From Thermodesulfobacteriota bacterium (GTDB lineage: Bacteria > Desulfobacterota > SM23-61): 46,078 nucleotides of DNA. Under the pieces are notes generated by a model. The model was not told the origin of the DNA and did not search any database. It was given only the letters and a program-made list of their open reading frames with translations. Both the position numbers and the translations under genes were made by a program. The stretch spans positions 1 to 46,078 of the forward strand of contig JBNAWB010000003.1 of the NCBI GenBank assembly GCA_049699975.1, written 5' to 3'. Numbering within the stretch: the first letter of the stretch is position 1; each line of letters begins with the position of its first letter. Shown here one piece after another: positions 36,803 to 46,078 of the stretch.

Positions 36803-37315
36803 ATGGTGGAAAAAGAAACGATTCTGGTAGTTGACAACGAAGATGCCATTAGGGAAACGCTAAAGAAAATTCTGGAACGCGAAGGGTATAGAATTTTGAC
36901 GGCCAAGAATGGGCAAGAAGCCTTGGATATACTGCGGGAAAAAAGAGTGCAGCTAATTATCTCGGATATCGTTATGCCTAAGATAGATGGGCATAAATTA
37001 TTGCGGCTGGCCAAATCAATTAGACCAGAAATCGAAGTAATCCTCATGACCGGCCACGGCCAAACAGAACAGGGATTGGAAGCAATCAAAGAAGGAGCCT
37101 TTGATTTTATCCAAAAGCCATTTACCAAATTAGCCTTATTCAAGACTGTAAAACAGGCCTTGGAAAAACAGGCCATGGGGGCAGAAATTCGCTATTTGAA
37201 AGAGCGGATAAGAGAGCTAATATCGGAAATTTTAGAAGTCGTGGGCGAACCACCAAAAGCGGCTAAAGCCCTGGAATACAACCAAGGCATAGGGGCGGCC
37301 ACCTCTCCCCATTAA
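36803..37315 (+). CDS. Response-regulator receiver protein, NtrC-family type, ending just before where the AAA+ domain would start
   Basis: VVDNED...IISDIVMPKIDG...LMTGHG...DFIQKPF receiver. The tail ILEVVGEPPKAAKALEYNQGIGAATSPH resembles the linker and start of sigma-54 activator domains, but the ORF stops before any Walker A. There is no HTH. Confidence 0.75.
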   Translation: MVEKETILVVDNEDAIRETLKKILEREGYRILTAKNGQEALDILREKRVQLIISDIVMPKIDGHKLLRLAKSIRPEIEVILMTGHGQTEQGLEAIKEGAFDFIQKPFTKLALFKTVKQALEKQAMGAEIRYLKERIRELISEILEVVGEPPKAAKALEYNQGIGAATSPH

Positions 37316-37492
37316 ATTTTCTGGCTAATGAGGAAGCCATTCCTAAACTCTGGTCATTAAGATTGGGTTTTTAAATCCTTTAAAATTAATAAAATCGAAA
37401 AATGTAGTTTTTATAGCTATGAAAAATTTGCCTGTTTAAATATAATAATAAAAAACAGAATTGGCAAAATTTAGAATGGAGGTTATTTTATT

Positions 37493-39466
37493 ATGGCTGA
37501 AGAAAAGAAGACCATTACCAGCATGATGGAGGAAACCAGGAAATTTCTTCCCCCAAAGGAATTTAGCGAAAAAGCTCATATCAAGAGCTTAGAAGAATAC
37601 CAAAAGCTTTATAAAAGATCTTTGGAAGATCCAGAAGGCTTTTGGGGAGAGCTGGCGGAAAATTTAGAATGGTACAAGAAATGGGAAAAAGTATTAGATT
37701 ATAGTTTTAAAGATAATATATATATTAAATGGTTTATTGGGGGTAAGCTAAATGCTACGGTCAATTGCTTAGACCGTCATCTCAAAACTCATCGGCGGAA
37801 CAAGGCTGCTCTAATCTGGGAAGGAGAACCTGGAGAAAGCCGGACCTATACCTATCAGCAATTACATACCGAAGTATGCAAGTTTGCTAATGTCTTAAAG
37901 AAAAAAGGGGTAAAAAAAGGCGATCGGGTCACTATCTATATGCCCATGATTCCTGAATTGCCCATTGCCATGTTGGCCTGCGCCCGTATTGGAGCTATCC
38001 ATAGCATCGTTTTTGGGGGATTCAGTGCAGATTCTTTAAAAGATCGCATTCAAGATGCCCAAGCCTCGGTTTTAATAACTACTGATGCCAGTTATCGCGG
38101 CGGGCGGGTCATTGGCCTAAAAAATAATGCTGATGCCGCCTTGGAACAATGCCCTTCAGTAAAATCTGTCATCGTTTATAATCGCACAAATACAAAAGTA
38201 GACATGAAGCCAGGGCGGGATTTCTGGTGGCATGAAGAAATGGCTGCCCCAGATATTAAAGGCGAATGTCCACCGGAAATAATGGATGCCGAAGATCCTT
38301 TATTCATCCTCTATACCAGCGGTTCAACTGGAAAGCCCAAAGGAGTTTTGCATACTACGGCCGGTTATTTACTTTATGTGCTTACCACTTTTAAATGGAT
38401 CTTCGATTATAAAGATGAGGATATTTTCTGGTGCACGGCGGATATTGGTTGGGTTACTGGACATAGCTACATTGTTTATGGGCCCCTGGCAGCTGGAGCA
38501 ACCAGCCTGATGTTTGAAGGGGTACCCAACTACCCGCAACCAGACCGTTTCTGGCAGATCGTGGAAAAGTATAGAGTTAATATTTTCTATACCGCACCTA
38601 CAGCGCTGCGGGCCATGATGAGAGATGGAGACAAATGGCCTCTGGCCCGAGATCTTTCATCTTTACGTTTGTTAGGAACTGTAGGTGAACCGATTAATCC
38701 CGAAGCATGGATGTGGTACTATAAAATCATCGGTAAAGAGCGCTGTCCAATTGTAGATACTTGGTGGCAAACGGAGACTGGAGGTGCTTTAATTACTCCT
38801 TTGCCGGGAGCTATGCCCATTAAACCTGGATCAGCAACCAAACCTTTCCCGGGTGTGGAAGCAGCAGTCATTAGAGAAGATGGCTCTCCGGCAGAGGTTA
38901 ACGAAGGTGGATATTTGGTCATAAAAAGACCTTGGCCAGGAATAATGCGCACTGTATATGGTCAGCATGAAAGATTTAAGGAGACTTATTTTGTCCAGTT
39001 TCCGGGAATGTATTTTACGGGTGATGGCGCGCGCGTTGATGAGGATGGCGATTTTTGGTTAATGGGCCGGGTTGATGATGTCATCAATGTTTCTGGCCAC
39101 CGCATTGGAACCGCCGAAGTTGAAAGTGCTTTAGTGAGTCATCCCGCGGTGGCGGAAGCGGCCGTCGTGGGCATGCCCCATGAAATTAAAGGCCAAGGAA
39201 TCTATGCCTTTGTCACTTTAAAAGCAGGAGAAGTTAAGTCTGAAGAGCTAAAAAAAGCTCTGATCGCTCACGTCCGGAAAGAGATAGGCCCAATTGCCAC
39301 CCCCGACAAAATTCAATTCACTGATGCCTTGCCGAAAACAAGAAGCGGAAAAATTATGCGCCGAATTTTGAAGAAGATAGCTGCGGGCGAAGTGCGGGAC
39401 TTAGGCGACACAACTACCTTAGCCGATCCTTCCGTTGTGCAAACCTTAATCGCCGAAAGATCATAA
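37493..39466 (+). CDS. acs: Acetyl-CoA synthetase (AMP-forming)
   Basis: 657 aa. [54 protein letters not shown], and a C-terminal SGKIMRR lysine. Confidence 0.95.
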   Translation: MAEEKKTITSMMEETRKFLPPKEFSEKAHIKSLEEYQKLYKRSLEDPEGFWGELAENLEWYKKWEKVLDYSFKDNIYIKWFIGGKLNATVNCLDRHLKTHRRNKAALIWEGEPGESRTYTYQQLHTEVCKFANVLKKKGVKKGDRVTIYMPMIPELPIAMLACARIGAIHSIVFGGFSADSLKDRIQDAQASVLITTDASYRGGRVIGLKNNADAALEQCPSVKSVIVYNRTNTKVDMKPGRDFWWHEEMAAPDIKGECPPEIMDAEDPLFILYTSGSTGKPKGVLHTTAGYLLYVLTTFKWIFDYKDEDIFWCTADIGWVTGHSYIVYGPLAAGATSLMFEGVPNYPQPDRFWQIVEKYRVNIFYTAPTALRAMMRDGDKWPLARDLSSLRLLGTVGEPINPEAWMWYYKIIGKERCPIVDTWWQTETGGALITPLPGAMPIKPGSATKPFPGVEAAVIREDGSPAEVNEGGYLVIKRPWPGIMRTVYGQHERFKETYFVQFPGMYFTGDGARVDEDGDFWLMGRVDDVINVSGHRIGTAEVESALVSHPAVAEAAVVGMPHEIKGQGIYAFVTLKAGEVKSEELKKALIAHVRKEIGPIATPDKIQFTDALPKTRSGKIMRRILKKIAAGEVRDLGDTTTLADPSVVQTLIAERS

Positions 39467-39475
39467 AGTAATTCA

Positions 39476-39521
39476 CTCCCCCGTTAATATCCTCCAAAGG
39501 GTTTCAACGGGGGAGTTTTTT
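39476..39521 (+). terminator. Rho-independent terminator between acs and the MFS gene
   Basis: 10-bp stem ctcccccgtt (39476-39485) / aacgggggag (39506-39515), followed by T6 (39516-21). Confidence 0.65.
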
Positions 39522-39539
39522 GTTCAGGAGGCTAATTTT

Positions 39540-40820
39540 ATGGCTAAAAATAATGCGGATATATTGCCTGTAGAGACCAAGAAGTACCAAGGATGGATAG
39601 TGACTTTTGCAGGCACGGGAATTAACTTAGCTTTAGGAGTTCTTTATGCTTGGTCGATAATTTCCAAGCAGATTTCCAAGGAGTGGGGATGGAGTGAAAC
39701 TCAGACCGCTCTGCCCTATTCCGTGGCCATTGCTCTATTTGCCTTTACTATGGTGCCGGCCGGAAGGCTTCAGGATAAATGGGGACCGCGCCTAGTGGCC
39801 ACTTTGGGAGGGATATTTTGCGGAGTCGGATTTATCGTGGCCAGTTTAAGTCAATCCTTGGTCGGGCTGATAATTGGTTTTGGTATCTTAGCGGGTATGG
39901 GCATTGGCTTTGGTTATGCGTCCGCCACTCCTCCAGCAGTAAAATGGTTCCCCCCGGAACGGACTGGTTTAATTGCCGGATTAGTGGTGGCTGGATTTGG
40001 ATTAGCTTCAGTATATATTGCCCCTTTGGCTAATTATCTTTTAGGTAACTTTGGCATTCAGAAAAGTTTTTTAATCTTAGGTATAGCTTTCCTATTAGCG
40101 GTTGTGGCTTTGGCCCAGATTTTAAAAAATCCTCCGGCGTATTATAAACCTGCATCTATTTCTCAAAATCCCGGCCCCCAAAAAGTACCCGCGAAAATAA
40201 CGGGGAAAATCATTGATTATGAATGGTCAGAGATGTTGCGCACTCCTCAATTTTATCTTCTCTGGATTATGTATGTATTTGGGGCGGGCGCGGGATTAAT
40301 GATCATTGGCAAATTGGCTAAGATCGTTGATCTGCAAGCAGGAATAAAGGCTGGGTTTATTTTTGTAGCTATGCTGGCCGTGGGTAATGCTGCTGGTCGA
40401 GTCATTGCTGGCGTTTTATCAGACAAGATTGGGCGTACCTGGACTATGTTCTTTGTTTTCATTTTCCAGGCTGTACTTATGTTTATTTTACGCTGGTTAG
40501 GAACCTATAGTGCCCTTTTTATAGCCTCTATTCTCATTGGCTTTAACTATGGAGCCAACCTTTCCGTTTTCCCTTCCGTAACTAAGGATTACTTTGGTCT
40601 AAAAAATTTCGGACTAAATTATGGTTTGATTTTTACGGCTTGGGGAGTTGGAGGAATTTTGGGACCTATTTTAAGTGGGTGGATTTATGACCAGGCTAAG
40701 AATTTTAATAACGCTTACTTGATCGCTTCTATATGTTTGCTTATGGCCGCGGCGCTCACTTTTATTACCCGCCCGCCAAAGACGAAAATAGCTGCTGAAG
40801 AATTGGCGAAAGCGGCTTAA
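39540..40820 (+). CDS. MFS transporter (oxalate/formate antiporter-like family)
   Basis: 426 aa with ~12 hydrophobic segments and a central hydrophilic loop. GRLQDKWGPR-type loop motif. RBS AGGAGG upstream. Confidence 0.8.
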   Translation: MAKNNADILPVETKKYQGWIVTFAGTGINLALGVLYAWSIISKQISKEWGWSETQTALPYSVAIALFAFTMVPAGRLQDKWGPRLVATLGGIFCGVGFIVASLSQSLVGLIIGFGILAGMGIGFGYASATPPAVKWFPPERTGLIAGLVVAGFGLASVYIAPLANYLLGNFGIQKSFLILGIAFLLAVVALAQILKNPPAYYKPASISQNPGPQKVPAKITGKIIDYEWSEMLRTPQFYLLWIMYVFGAGAGLMIIGKLAKIVDLQAGIKAGFIFVAMLAVGNAAGRVIAGVLSDKIGRTWTMFFVFIFQAVLMFILRWLGTYSALFIASILIGFNYGANLSVFPSVTKDYFGLKNFGLNYGLIFTAWGVGGILGPILSGWIYDQAKNFNNAYLIASICLLMAAALTFITRPPKTKIAAEELAKAA

Positions 40821-40827
40821 AATATAT

Positions 40828-41118
40828 TTATTTGGCCAGAGCGTATTTATTTTTTAAGTTAACTAACTCGGCACCTAAAGACTTAACCATTAGGCTCTCC
40901 TTGGCCTTTTTCTTAAAATCGAGGAGCCAAAAGAGAGCATAAACAGAGGCCACCATCAGGATGGAAAAAGCTATGACCCCTAAGATTATTAAATAGAATT
41001 TTGCTTGAACTGGTGATATCGGATATCCCCATATCTCACCGGCTAAAACTTGGCTGGGGATTACCCCCCAACTTATCAAACTCCATATCAGTATTTTAAC
41101 TTTTGTCATTGGGCTCAC
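40828..41118 (-). CDS. Small hypothetical membrane protein
   Basis: 96 aa with a signal-like N-terminus and one TM segment (FYLIILGVIAFSILMVASVYALFWLL). No recognisable motif. Confidence 0.45.
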   Translation of the reverse strand: MSPMTKVKILIWSLISWGVIPSQVLAGEIWGYPISPVQAKFYLIILGVIAFSILMVASVYALFWLLDFKKKAKESLMVKSLGAELVNLKNKYALAK

Positions 41119-41281
41119 TCCCCTTCTTTAATCTTCCCTTTTTTAATTCTCCACATTCCGCCCTACTTTTGTGCAAAATAGATGCCCTTTTTTAACCAAT
41201 ACTTTTTAATCATAAGATTTTGTAATAATTAATAATTTTTGTAGTTAACAAAACCTTTTTTTATTTTAGGAAAGCCATTCT

Positions 41282-41335
41282 TGACAAAATGTCAAAATAA
41301 GTAATTTTTGTCTGGTTAACATTGAAAAATTGTCA
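41282..41335. promoter_or_regulatory. Two TGACA-N3-TGTCA-type palindromes upstream of the Cache-PAS kinase operon
   Basis: TGACAAAATGTCA at 41282-41294 (perfect arms) and TGAAAAATTGTCA at 41323-41335 (one mismatch). The 41-bp spacing mirrors the 40-bp spacing at 36446/36486. Confidence 0.45.
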
Positions 41336-41454
41336 TAATTTCCCGAAGCGCAAAATGAATTTTTAGGACATATTGACAAAGGGGAAGGAGGCCAATTTGC
41401 TTAAAAATTTGAGATTTAATAGTAACTTTGGTATATTGACAGGAAGGGAAGAAT

Positions 41455-44319
41455 ATGAAGTTATTTCGCGATTGGAAAATCCGCACTAAACTAATAATAT
41501 CTACCCTCTTTTTAGCTTTAGTCCCCATGGCTGTGGCTTCCATGCTTTCTTTGGACAGGTTCATGGAAAGTTTGAAGGGGGCTTATGAATCAGATTTAGA
41601 GCACATCGTGGCGAATATTCAGGCCATGTGTAGAGCCCAACAAGAACTCCTCCAAAACAAACTTACGGCCGATCTCAAAATTGCCCACCATATTTTTTAC
41701 CAACAGGGAAAGCAAGTTCCCGTTTCCACCTCTCGGGTAATGGAGATGGAAGTTGAAGATCAATTTACTAAAGAAAAAAGCAAAGCACGCTTTCCCCTTT
41801 GGCTTGTGGGCGGCAAACCTTTGATCCAAGACCATTCTATTGTGGATAGAGTCCAAGAATTATTAGGCGGCACGTGTACGATTTTTCAAAGAATAGATGG
41901 TGATCGGCTTTTGCGCATTTCTACTAACGTCTTACGTGATGATGGCACAAGGGCTATAGGCACTTATCTTCCTCCTTCCAGCGAAGTAACTAAAGCTATT
42001 TTGCGCAAGGAAACTTACCGCGGCCGAGCTTTTGTAGTGAATGCCTGGTATATCACCGCCTATGAGCCAATATTAAATGCCCAGGGAGAAGTTATCGGGG
42101 CGCTTTACGTGGGCATTCCCGAACAAAGTGCCCTCTCTTTGAAAACAGCTATCAAATCCATAAAGATTGGCAAGACTGGATACGCTTTTATAATGGACAG
42201 TTCTGGAAATTTAGTTGTCCATCCTGTCAAAGAAGGGGAAAATATTTTAGAAGTAAGAGACTCCTCTGGTTTTGCCTACATTAAAGAAGTAACGAAAAAG
42301 GCTGTCCAACTAAAAGAAAACGAAGTGGGTACTATCCGTTATCCATGGTTAAATGTGGAACTGGGGGAAAAGACTCCCCGGATGAAGATCAACAAATATC
42401 AGTATTTTCGAGATTGGGATTGGATAATAGTTGCCGGGGGATACGAGGAAGAGATTTTTGCTGGTGTGGAGCAAATAAAATTTTTTATATACTTGGTCGG
42501 TATAGGCAGTATCGGATTAGCTTTCTTATTAACTATTAGCCTCTCCCGCGTGCTTACCAAGCCCATTATGGAACTTACGGAGGTGACGGCGCGCATGGCC
42601 GCTGGGGATTTGACCCAAAAAGCTAATATTACTAGTGCTGATGAAATTGGCACCCTGGGGAGATCTTTTAACCGCATGGCCGACCAAGTGCTTAATTACA
42701 CCCGCAATTTGGAAGATATCGTCCGGGCACGGACCGTAGAAATTCAAGAGAAGGAGGAGAAGTATCGGAAGCTCTCCAATCTTTTAAACAGCATTTTGGA
42801 GAGCTCGACAGAATATTCCATAATCGCCCTTGATGCTCAGGGGGTAATTTTGGAATATAATAGTGGGTCAGCTAAACTTTTTGGTTGGTCCAAAGAAGAA
42901 GTTGTCGGAAAAATGTGGATTGGCAAGACTTTTCGCCGGGACGACCGGGCGCGGGGAGTTTTATGGGAAATCTCTCGCCAGGTTGAGGCCCAAGGCATGA
43001 CCGAATATGAACTGGAAAGGGTGCGCAAAGACGGAAGCCTTTTTACAGCCCACGCGGTAATGACCACTTTAAAAGACCCCACTGGAAAAATCCTGGGTTT
43101 TGTAGAAATTGCCCGGGACATTACTGAAAAATTGTCTTTGGAGAAGGAACTTCGGGAGACGAAGGATTTCTTAGAGAATATCGTGCAAAGTTCTGTGGAT
43201 GCTATTGTCACCACTGATCCCAAAGGGCGCATAACTTTTTTCAATCGGGCTATGGAAGAAATGTTAGGCCTGCCACGGGAGAAAATTTTAGGGGCACCCA
43301 TTTATCAATTTTATGCTCAAGGTATTAACGAAGCCCGAAAAATTATGGCTATTTTGCGTGAGAAAGGGAGTTTGCAAAATTACGAAACAAGCATGAACCG
43401 GCAAGGACAACTGGTGCCCATTCTTACATCGGCCTCTTTGCTCCGGGATGAAAAACAAAATATAATTGGTACGCTGGGCGTTTTTAAAGATCTTAGCGAA
43501 AAGAAGAAATTGGAAGAGGAATTGAAAAAAACCCAAGCTCATCTTATGCAAGCCGGGAAAATGCGGGCTTTGGGCGAACTGGTGGCCGGAGTAGCTCATG
43601 AATTGAATAATCCCTTAATGGCCGCTACCACTTTTTTACATGTGGTTCGGGAAAATTTGCCTGCCGATAACGAAAACCAACACCGCTTGGGATTGATCCA
43701 ACAGTGCCATGAGCGGATAGCCAAAATTATTGACCATCTGCGGGACTTTTCCCGGCAGTCGAAATCTGATTTTCGCTATATAGACATCAGGGAACCCATT
43801 GAAAATGCGTTGCTCATTACGGGGCAACAATTGCTCAACCATGGCATCAAGATAATCAAGAATTTCGCCGCCGATTTGCCTTTAATTCGCGGAGATGCTA
43901 ATCAATTAGAGCAAGTTTTCCTAAACCTTATTGCCAATGCTAAGGATGCTATGGAGAGAGTAGAGGGTAAAAAAGAATTAACCATTTCTACTTCTCTCCT
44001 GCGCCACAATGGTTGGCACGATGTGGAAGTAGCGATAAAAGATACCGGAATTGGTATTCCGGATGAGAACGTAGACAAGATCTTTGAGCCGTTTTTTAGT
44101 ACTAAAGAAGTCGGCAAGGGGACGGGGTTAGGATTGTCCATATGTTATGGCATTATCGCAGCTCATGGCGGCAGAATAGAAGTGGAAAGTAAAATGTATG
44201 CCGGAACAACTTTTAGGGTCATCTTGCCTATTTTGTCTCCACCTTTGCAAAGCGCTTTAGAAGAAATAGATACGCAAGAGGAGTCAATCAATGGCCAAGA
44301 AAATTTTAGTGGTAGATGA
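41455..44319 (+). CDS. Sensor histidine kinase: TM - Cache-like periplasmic domain - TM - HAMP - 2x PAS - HisKA - HATPase
   Basis: 954 aa. HAMP region [19 protein letters not shown]...[18 protein letters not shown] blocks with [15 protein letters not shown] and [14 protein letters not shown]-box [17 protein letters not shown]. Confidence 0.9.
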   Translation: MKLFRDWKIRTKLIISTLFLALVPMAVASMLSLDRFMESLKGAYESDLEHIVANIQAMCRAQQELLQNKLTADLKIAHHIFYQQGKQVPVSTSRVMEMEVEDQFTKEKSKARFPLWLVGGKPLIQDHSIVDRVQELLGGTCTIFQRIDGDRLLRISTNVLRDDGTRAIGTYLPPSSEVTKAILRKETYRGRAFVVNAWYITAYEPILNAQGEVIGALYVGIPEQSALSLKTAIKSIKIGKTGYAFIMDSSGNLVVHPVKEGENILEVRDSSGFAYIKEVTKKAVQLKENEVGTIRYPWLNVELGEKTPRMKINKYQYFRDWDWIIVAGGYEEEIFAGVEQIKFFIYLVGIGSIGLAFLLTISLSRVLTKPIMELTEVTARMAAGDLTQKANITSADEIGTLGRSFNRMADQVLNYTRNLEDIVRARTVEIQEKEEKYRKLSNLLNSILESSTEYSIIALDAQGVILEYNSGSAKLFGWSKEEVVGKMWIGKTFRRDDRARGVLWEISRQVEAQGMTEYELERVRKDGSLFTAHAVMTTLKDPTGKILGFVEIARDITEKLSLEKELRETKDFLENIVQSSVDAIVTTDPKGRITFFNRAMEEMLGLPREKILGAPIYQFYAQGINEARKIMAILREKGSLQNYETSMNRQGQLVPILTSASLLRDEKQNIIGTLGVFKDLSEKKKLEEELKKTQAHLMQAGKMRALGELVAGVAHELNNPLMAATTFLHVVRENLPADNENQHRLGLIQQCHERIAKIIDHLRDFSRQSKSDFRYIDIREPIENALLITGQQLLNHGIKIIKNFAADLPLIRGDANQLEQVFLNLIANAKDAMERVEGKKELTISTSLLRHNGWHDVEVAIKDTGIGIPDENVDKIFEPFFSTKEVGKGTGLGLSICYGIIAAHGGRIEVESKMYAGTTFRVILPILSPPLQSALEEIDTQEESINGQENFSGR

Positions 44320-44656
44320 TGATGAATTGGTCCTTATAGCTATTCAAGAGCTGCTTTCTCCCTTGGGTTTTTGGGTAGTTAAATCATCCAGTGGCGCAGA
44401 TGCTTTGGAGAAAATTAACCAAGAAAAATTTGATTTGATTATTTTAGATATTATCATGCCGGAGATGGATGGCTTCGAGGTTTGTCAGAGAATTCGCCAA
44501 AGCGAATCTTATACAGAAACGCCGATCATGATGCTCACGGCCAAAAGTGGCGAAGAAGATAAAGAAAGAGGGATAGAAGTAGGGGCTAATCTCTACCTGC
44601 CTAAACCTATCTCTCCTAAAAAGCTGATTGCTTTGGTGGAAGAAGCCTTAAAATAA
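44291..44656 (+). CDS. Single-domain response regulator (REC only)
   Basis: KILVVDDDE...LIILDIIMPEMDG...MLTAKSG...YLPKP. It overlaps the kinase 3' end by 29 nt. Confidence 0.85.
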   Translation: MAKKILVVDDDELVLIAIQELLSPLGFWVVKSSSGADALEKINQEKFDLIILDIIMPEMDGFEVCQRIRQSESYTETPIMMLTAKSGEEDKERGIEVGANLYLPKPISPKKLIALVEEALK

Positions 44657-44715
44657 TAAAATAAAAGTGGAAAAATAGCAAGAAAGAAATAATATATTAC
44701 TAAAAGGAGGACTTT

Positions 44716-46038
44716 ATGCAAAGGTATATTGATAATGCCCAGCAAATGCTTAAAGATTGGAAAAAAGATAGTTATATCTTTGGTTTTGATGTGCTGAATA
44801 ATTTGGGAAATTTAGCTAGCCAATTTGGGAAGAAATGCTTGTTAGTTGTGGCTGATCTGGGTTGGGCATGGGTGGAAGAAATCAAAAAAAAGGTTGAGGA
44901 TAATTTAAAGGAAAAGGGAATAGAAGTAGAGACTATTTTAGGCGCCCGGCCTAATGCTCCCCGGGAAGATACCTACCGGATTGCCCTCCACATAGCGCGC
45001 AGTCATCCAGATATGGTCGTAGTATTGGGCGGCGGTAGTACTATTGATGCGGCCAAAGCGGCTAATGTCTTAGCCACTTATGACCCGGCGGAAGTAAAAG
45101 GAGCATTAGAAGTTACTGACGCCTCAGCCGGTACCATCGATCCTTACTTTGGCGTGGGTCTAGTCAGCCGAGTCCAGGCTTATACCCAACGCTCCTTGCG
45201 GCCGCTGGTGGCCGTGCAAACTGCGGCCAGTTCCGGAGCTCATCTCACTAAATATTCTAACATCACTGATTTAATATCAGCTCAGAAGAAACTGATCGTC
45301 GATGAGGCTATCGTGCCTAAGGCGGCCTTGTTTGATTACGGCGTTACTTTAAACACTCCGCTGAATTTAACTTTGGATGGCGGCTTAGATGGTATTGCCC
45401 ATGCTTGGGAAGTTTTTATGGGCGCCACTGGGCAGCCTTATTATCTCAAGATGAAAGAAATAGCCCGGGCATGTTTGCGTTTAATCATCTATGGCCTTCC
45501 CAAATTGAAAGCTGATCTGAAAGACCGGGAAGGCAGACTTTGTTTAGGCTTAGGAACTGATTTGGGGGGATATGCCATTATGATTGGCGGGACAAGCGGG
45601 CCGCATTTAGGAAGTTTCTCTTTGATAGATGTTTTAAGCCATGGGCGGGCTTGCGCTATCTTAAATCCTTACTATACGGTACTTTTTGCGCCCCGAATTC
45701 AAGATCAGCTCTCCGTTTTCGCTGAAATTTTAAAAGAACGAGGGTATATTAAGGCTAATATAGAAGGAAAGAAAGGAAGAGCTTTAGCTATGTTAGTTGC
45801 TCGGGGCCTGATTCAATTTTCTAAGTCCTTGGGTTTTCCCACTACCTTACAAGAAGCAGGTGTTTCTCGGACGCACATTAAAAAGATGATTCAGGCAGCT
45901 AAAGATCCGCAACTAAAAATGAAACTCCAGAATATGCCTACGCCGATGGAAGCGGAAAAAGGTGATATTGATCGGTTGATGAAGCCAACTCTGGAAGCTG
46001 CTTATACTGGAGATTTAAATTTGATTCCTGCTGAATAA
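44716..46038 (+). CDS. Iron-containing (group III) alcohol dehydrogenase family protein
   Basis: VVLGGGSTIDAAKAA nucleotide motif and downstream His-rich metal region (DGIAHAWE, GPHLGSF). RBS AAGGAGG upstream. Confidence 0.8.
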   Translation: MQRYIDNAQQMLKDWKKDSYIFGFDVLNNLGNLASQFGKKCLLVVADLGWAWVEEIKKKVEDNLKEKGIEVETILGARPNAPREDTYRIALHIARSHPDMVVVLGGGSTIDAAKAANVLATYDPAEVKGALEVTDASAGTIDPYFGVGLVSRVQAYTQRSLRPLVAVQTAASSGAHLTKYSNITDLISAQKKLIVDEAIVPKAALFDYGVTLNTPLNLTLDGGLDGIAHAWEVFMGATGQPYYLKMKEIARACLRLIIYGLPKLKADLKDREGRLCLGLGTDLGGYAIMIGGTSGPHLGSFSLIDVLSHGRACAILNPYYTVLFAPRIQDQLSVFAEILKERGYIKANIEGKKGRALAMLVARGLIQFSKSLGFPTTLQEAGVSRTHIKKMIQAAKDPQLKMKLQNMPTPMEAEKGDIDRLMKPTLEAAYTGDLNLIPAE

Positions 46039-46078
46039 GCTGGGATGCAGATGGCCGCCGCTAAGCATAGATTAAATT

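Noticed and set aside
36793-37176. 127-aa minus-strand ORF.
   Set aside because: It is an antisense shadow of the well-supported receiver gene.
37315-37374. Just after the receiver gene stop, a different frame reads NFLANEEAIPK..., vaguely like a decayed VLIxGExGxGK Walker A.
   Set aside because: The glycines and the register do not match, and the frame closes after 19 codons. This is too weak to call a pseudogene remnant.
41386-41401. Possible sigma-54 promoter aGGaggccaatTTGCt upstream of the Cache-PAS kinase.
   Set aside because: The GG/GC spacing is right, but the -24 box departs from TGGCAC at most positions. It is kept only as a remark.
8394-43301. Many 60-160-aa ORFs antisense to large genes, for example 8394-8870, 10346-10684, 13618-14002, 17035-17361, 18778-19134, 27175-27519, 33734-34357 and 42837-43301.
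   Set aside because: Each is fully embedded opposite a motif-supported CDS. Their Ser/Arg/Pro-rich composition is typical of shadow frames.

Overview
This is a 46-kb chromosomal window from an AT-leaning, strictly anaerobic-type bacterium, judged by its Hdr/Flx electron-bifurcation genes, many Fe-S proteins and GGAGG ribosome-binding sites. It is gene-dense, with about 37 CDS. I found no rRNA, tRNA, CRISPR array, transposase or integrase. From left to right the window holds: (1) a TPR protein followed by a 1705-aa ORF that joins an N-terminal BrxC/PglY-like P-loop ATPase to a C-terminal PglZ-type (alkaline-phosphatase-fold) domain, with no methyltransferase or other BREX partner nearby; this is the best candidate for an undescribed system. 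(2) GNAT, zinc-ribbon and SurA_N-thioredoxin genes. (3) A minus-strand hdrCBA-mvhD(flxD)-flxCBA redox operon plus a GAF histidine kinase. (4) A MerR-headed operon (4-hydroxybutyryl-CoA dehydratase-like, thiolase, 3-hydroxyacyl-CoA dehydrogenase, SDR), divergent from an acyl-CoA ligase and an NMO/FabK-like gene. (5) Housekeeping-type genes: COG2509 FAD protein, OB+HD YhaM-like nuclease, endonuclease V, Fe-S aldo/keto reductase, a UPF0158-like protein, two tandem Slp lipoproteins, an amidase and a VOC/epimerase. (6) A receiver-only NtrC-like protein, acs and an MFS transporter, sitting behind a consensus sigma-54 promoter with upstream TGACA-N3-TGTCA palindromes and a structured leader. (7) A Cache-HAMP-PAS-PAS histidine kinase, a REC-only regulator and an Fe-alcohol dehydrogenase, preceded by the same palindrome type. 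Several unusually long intergenic regions (about 0.8 and 1.0 kb) carry at least two families of short GC-rich dispersed or inverted repeats. All functional calls come from motifs read by eye in the supplied translations. No database search was run.
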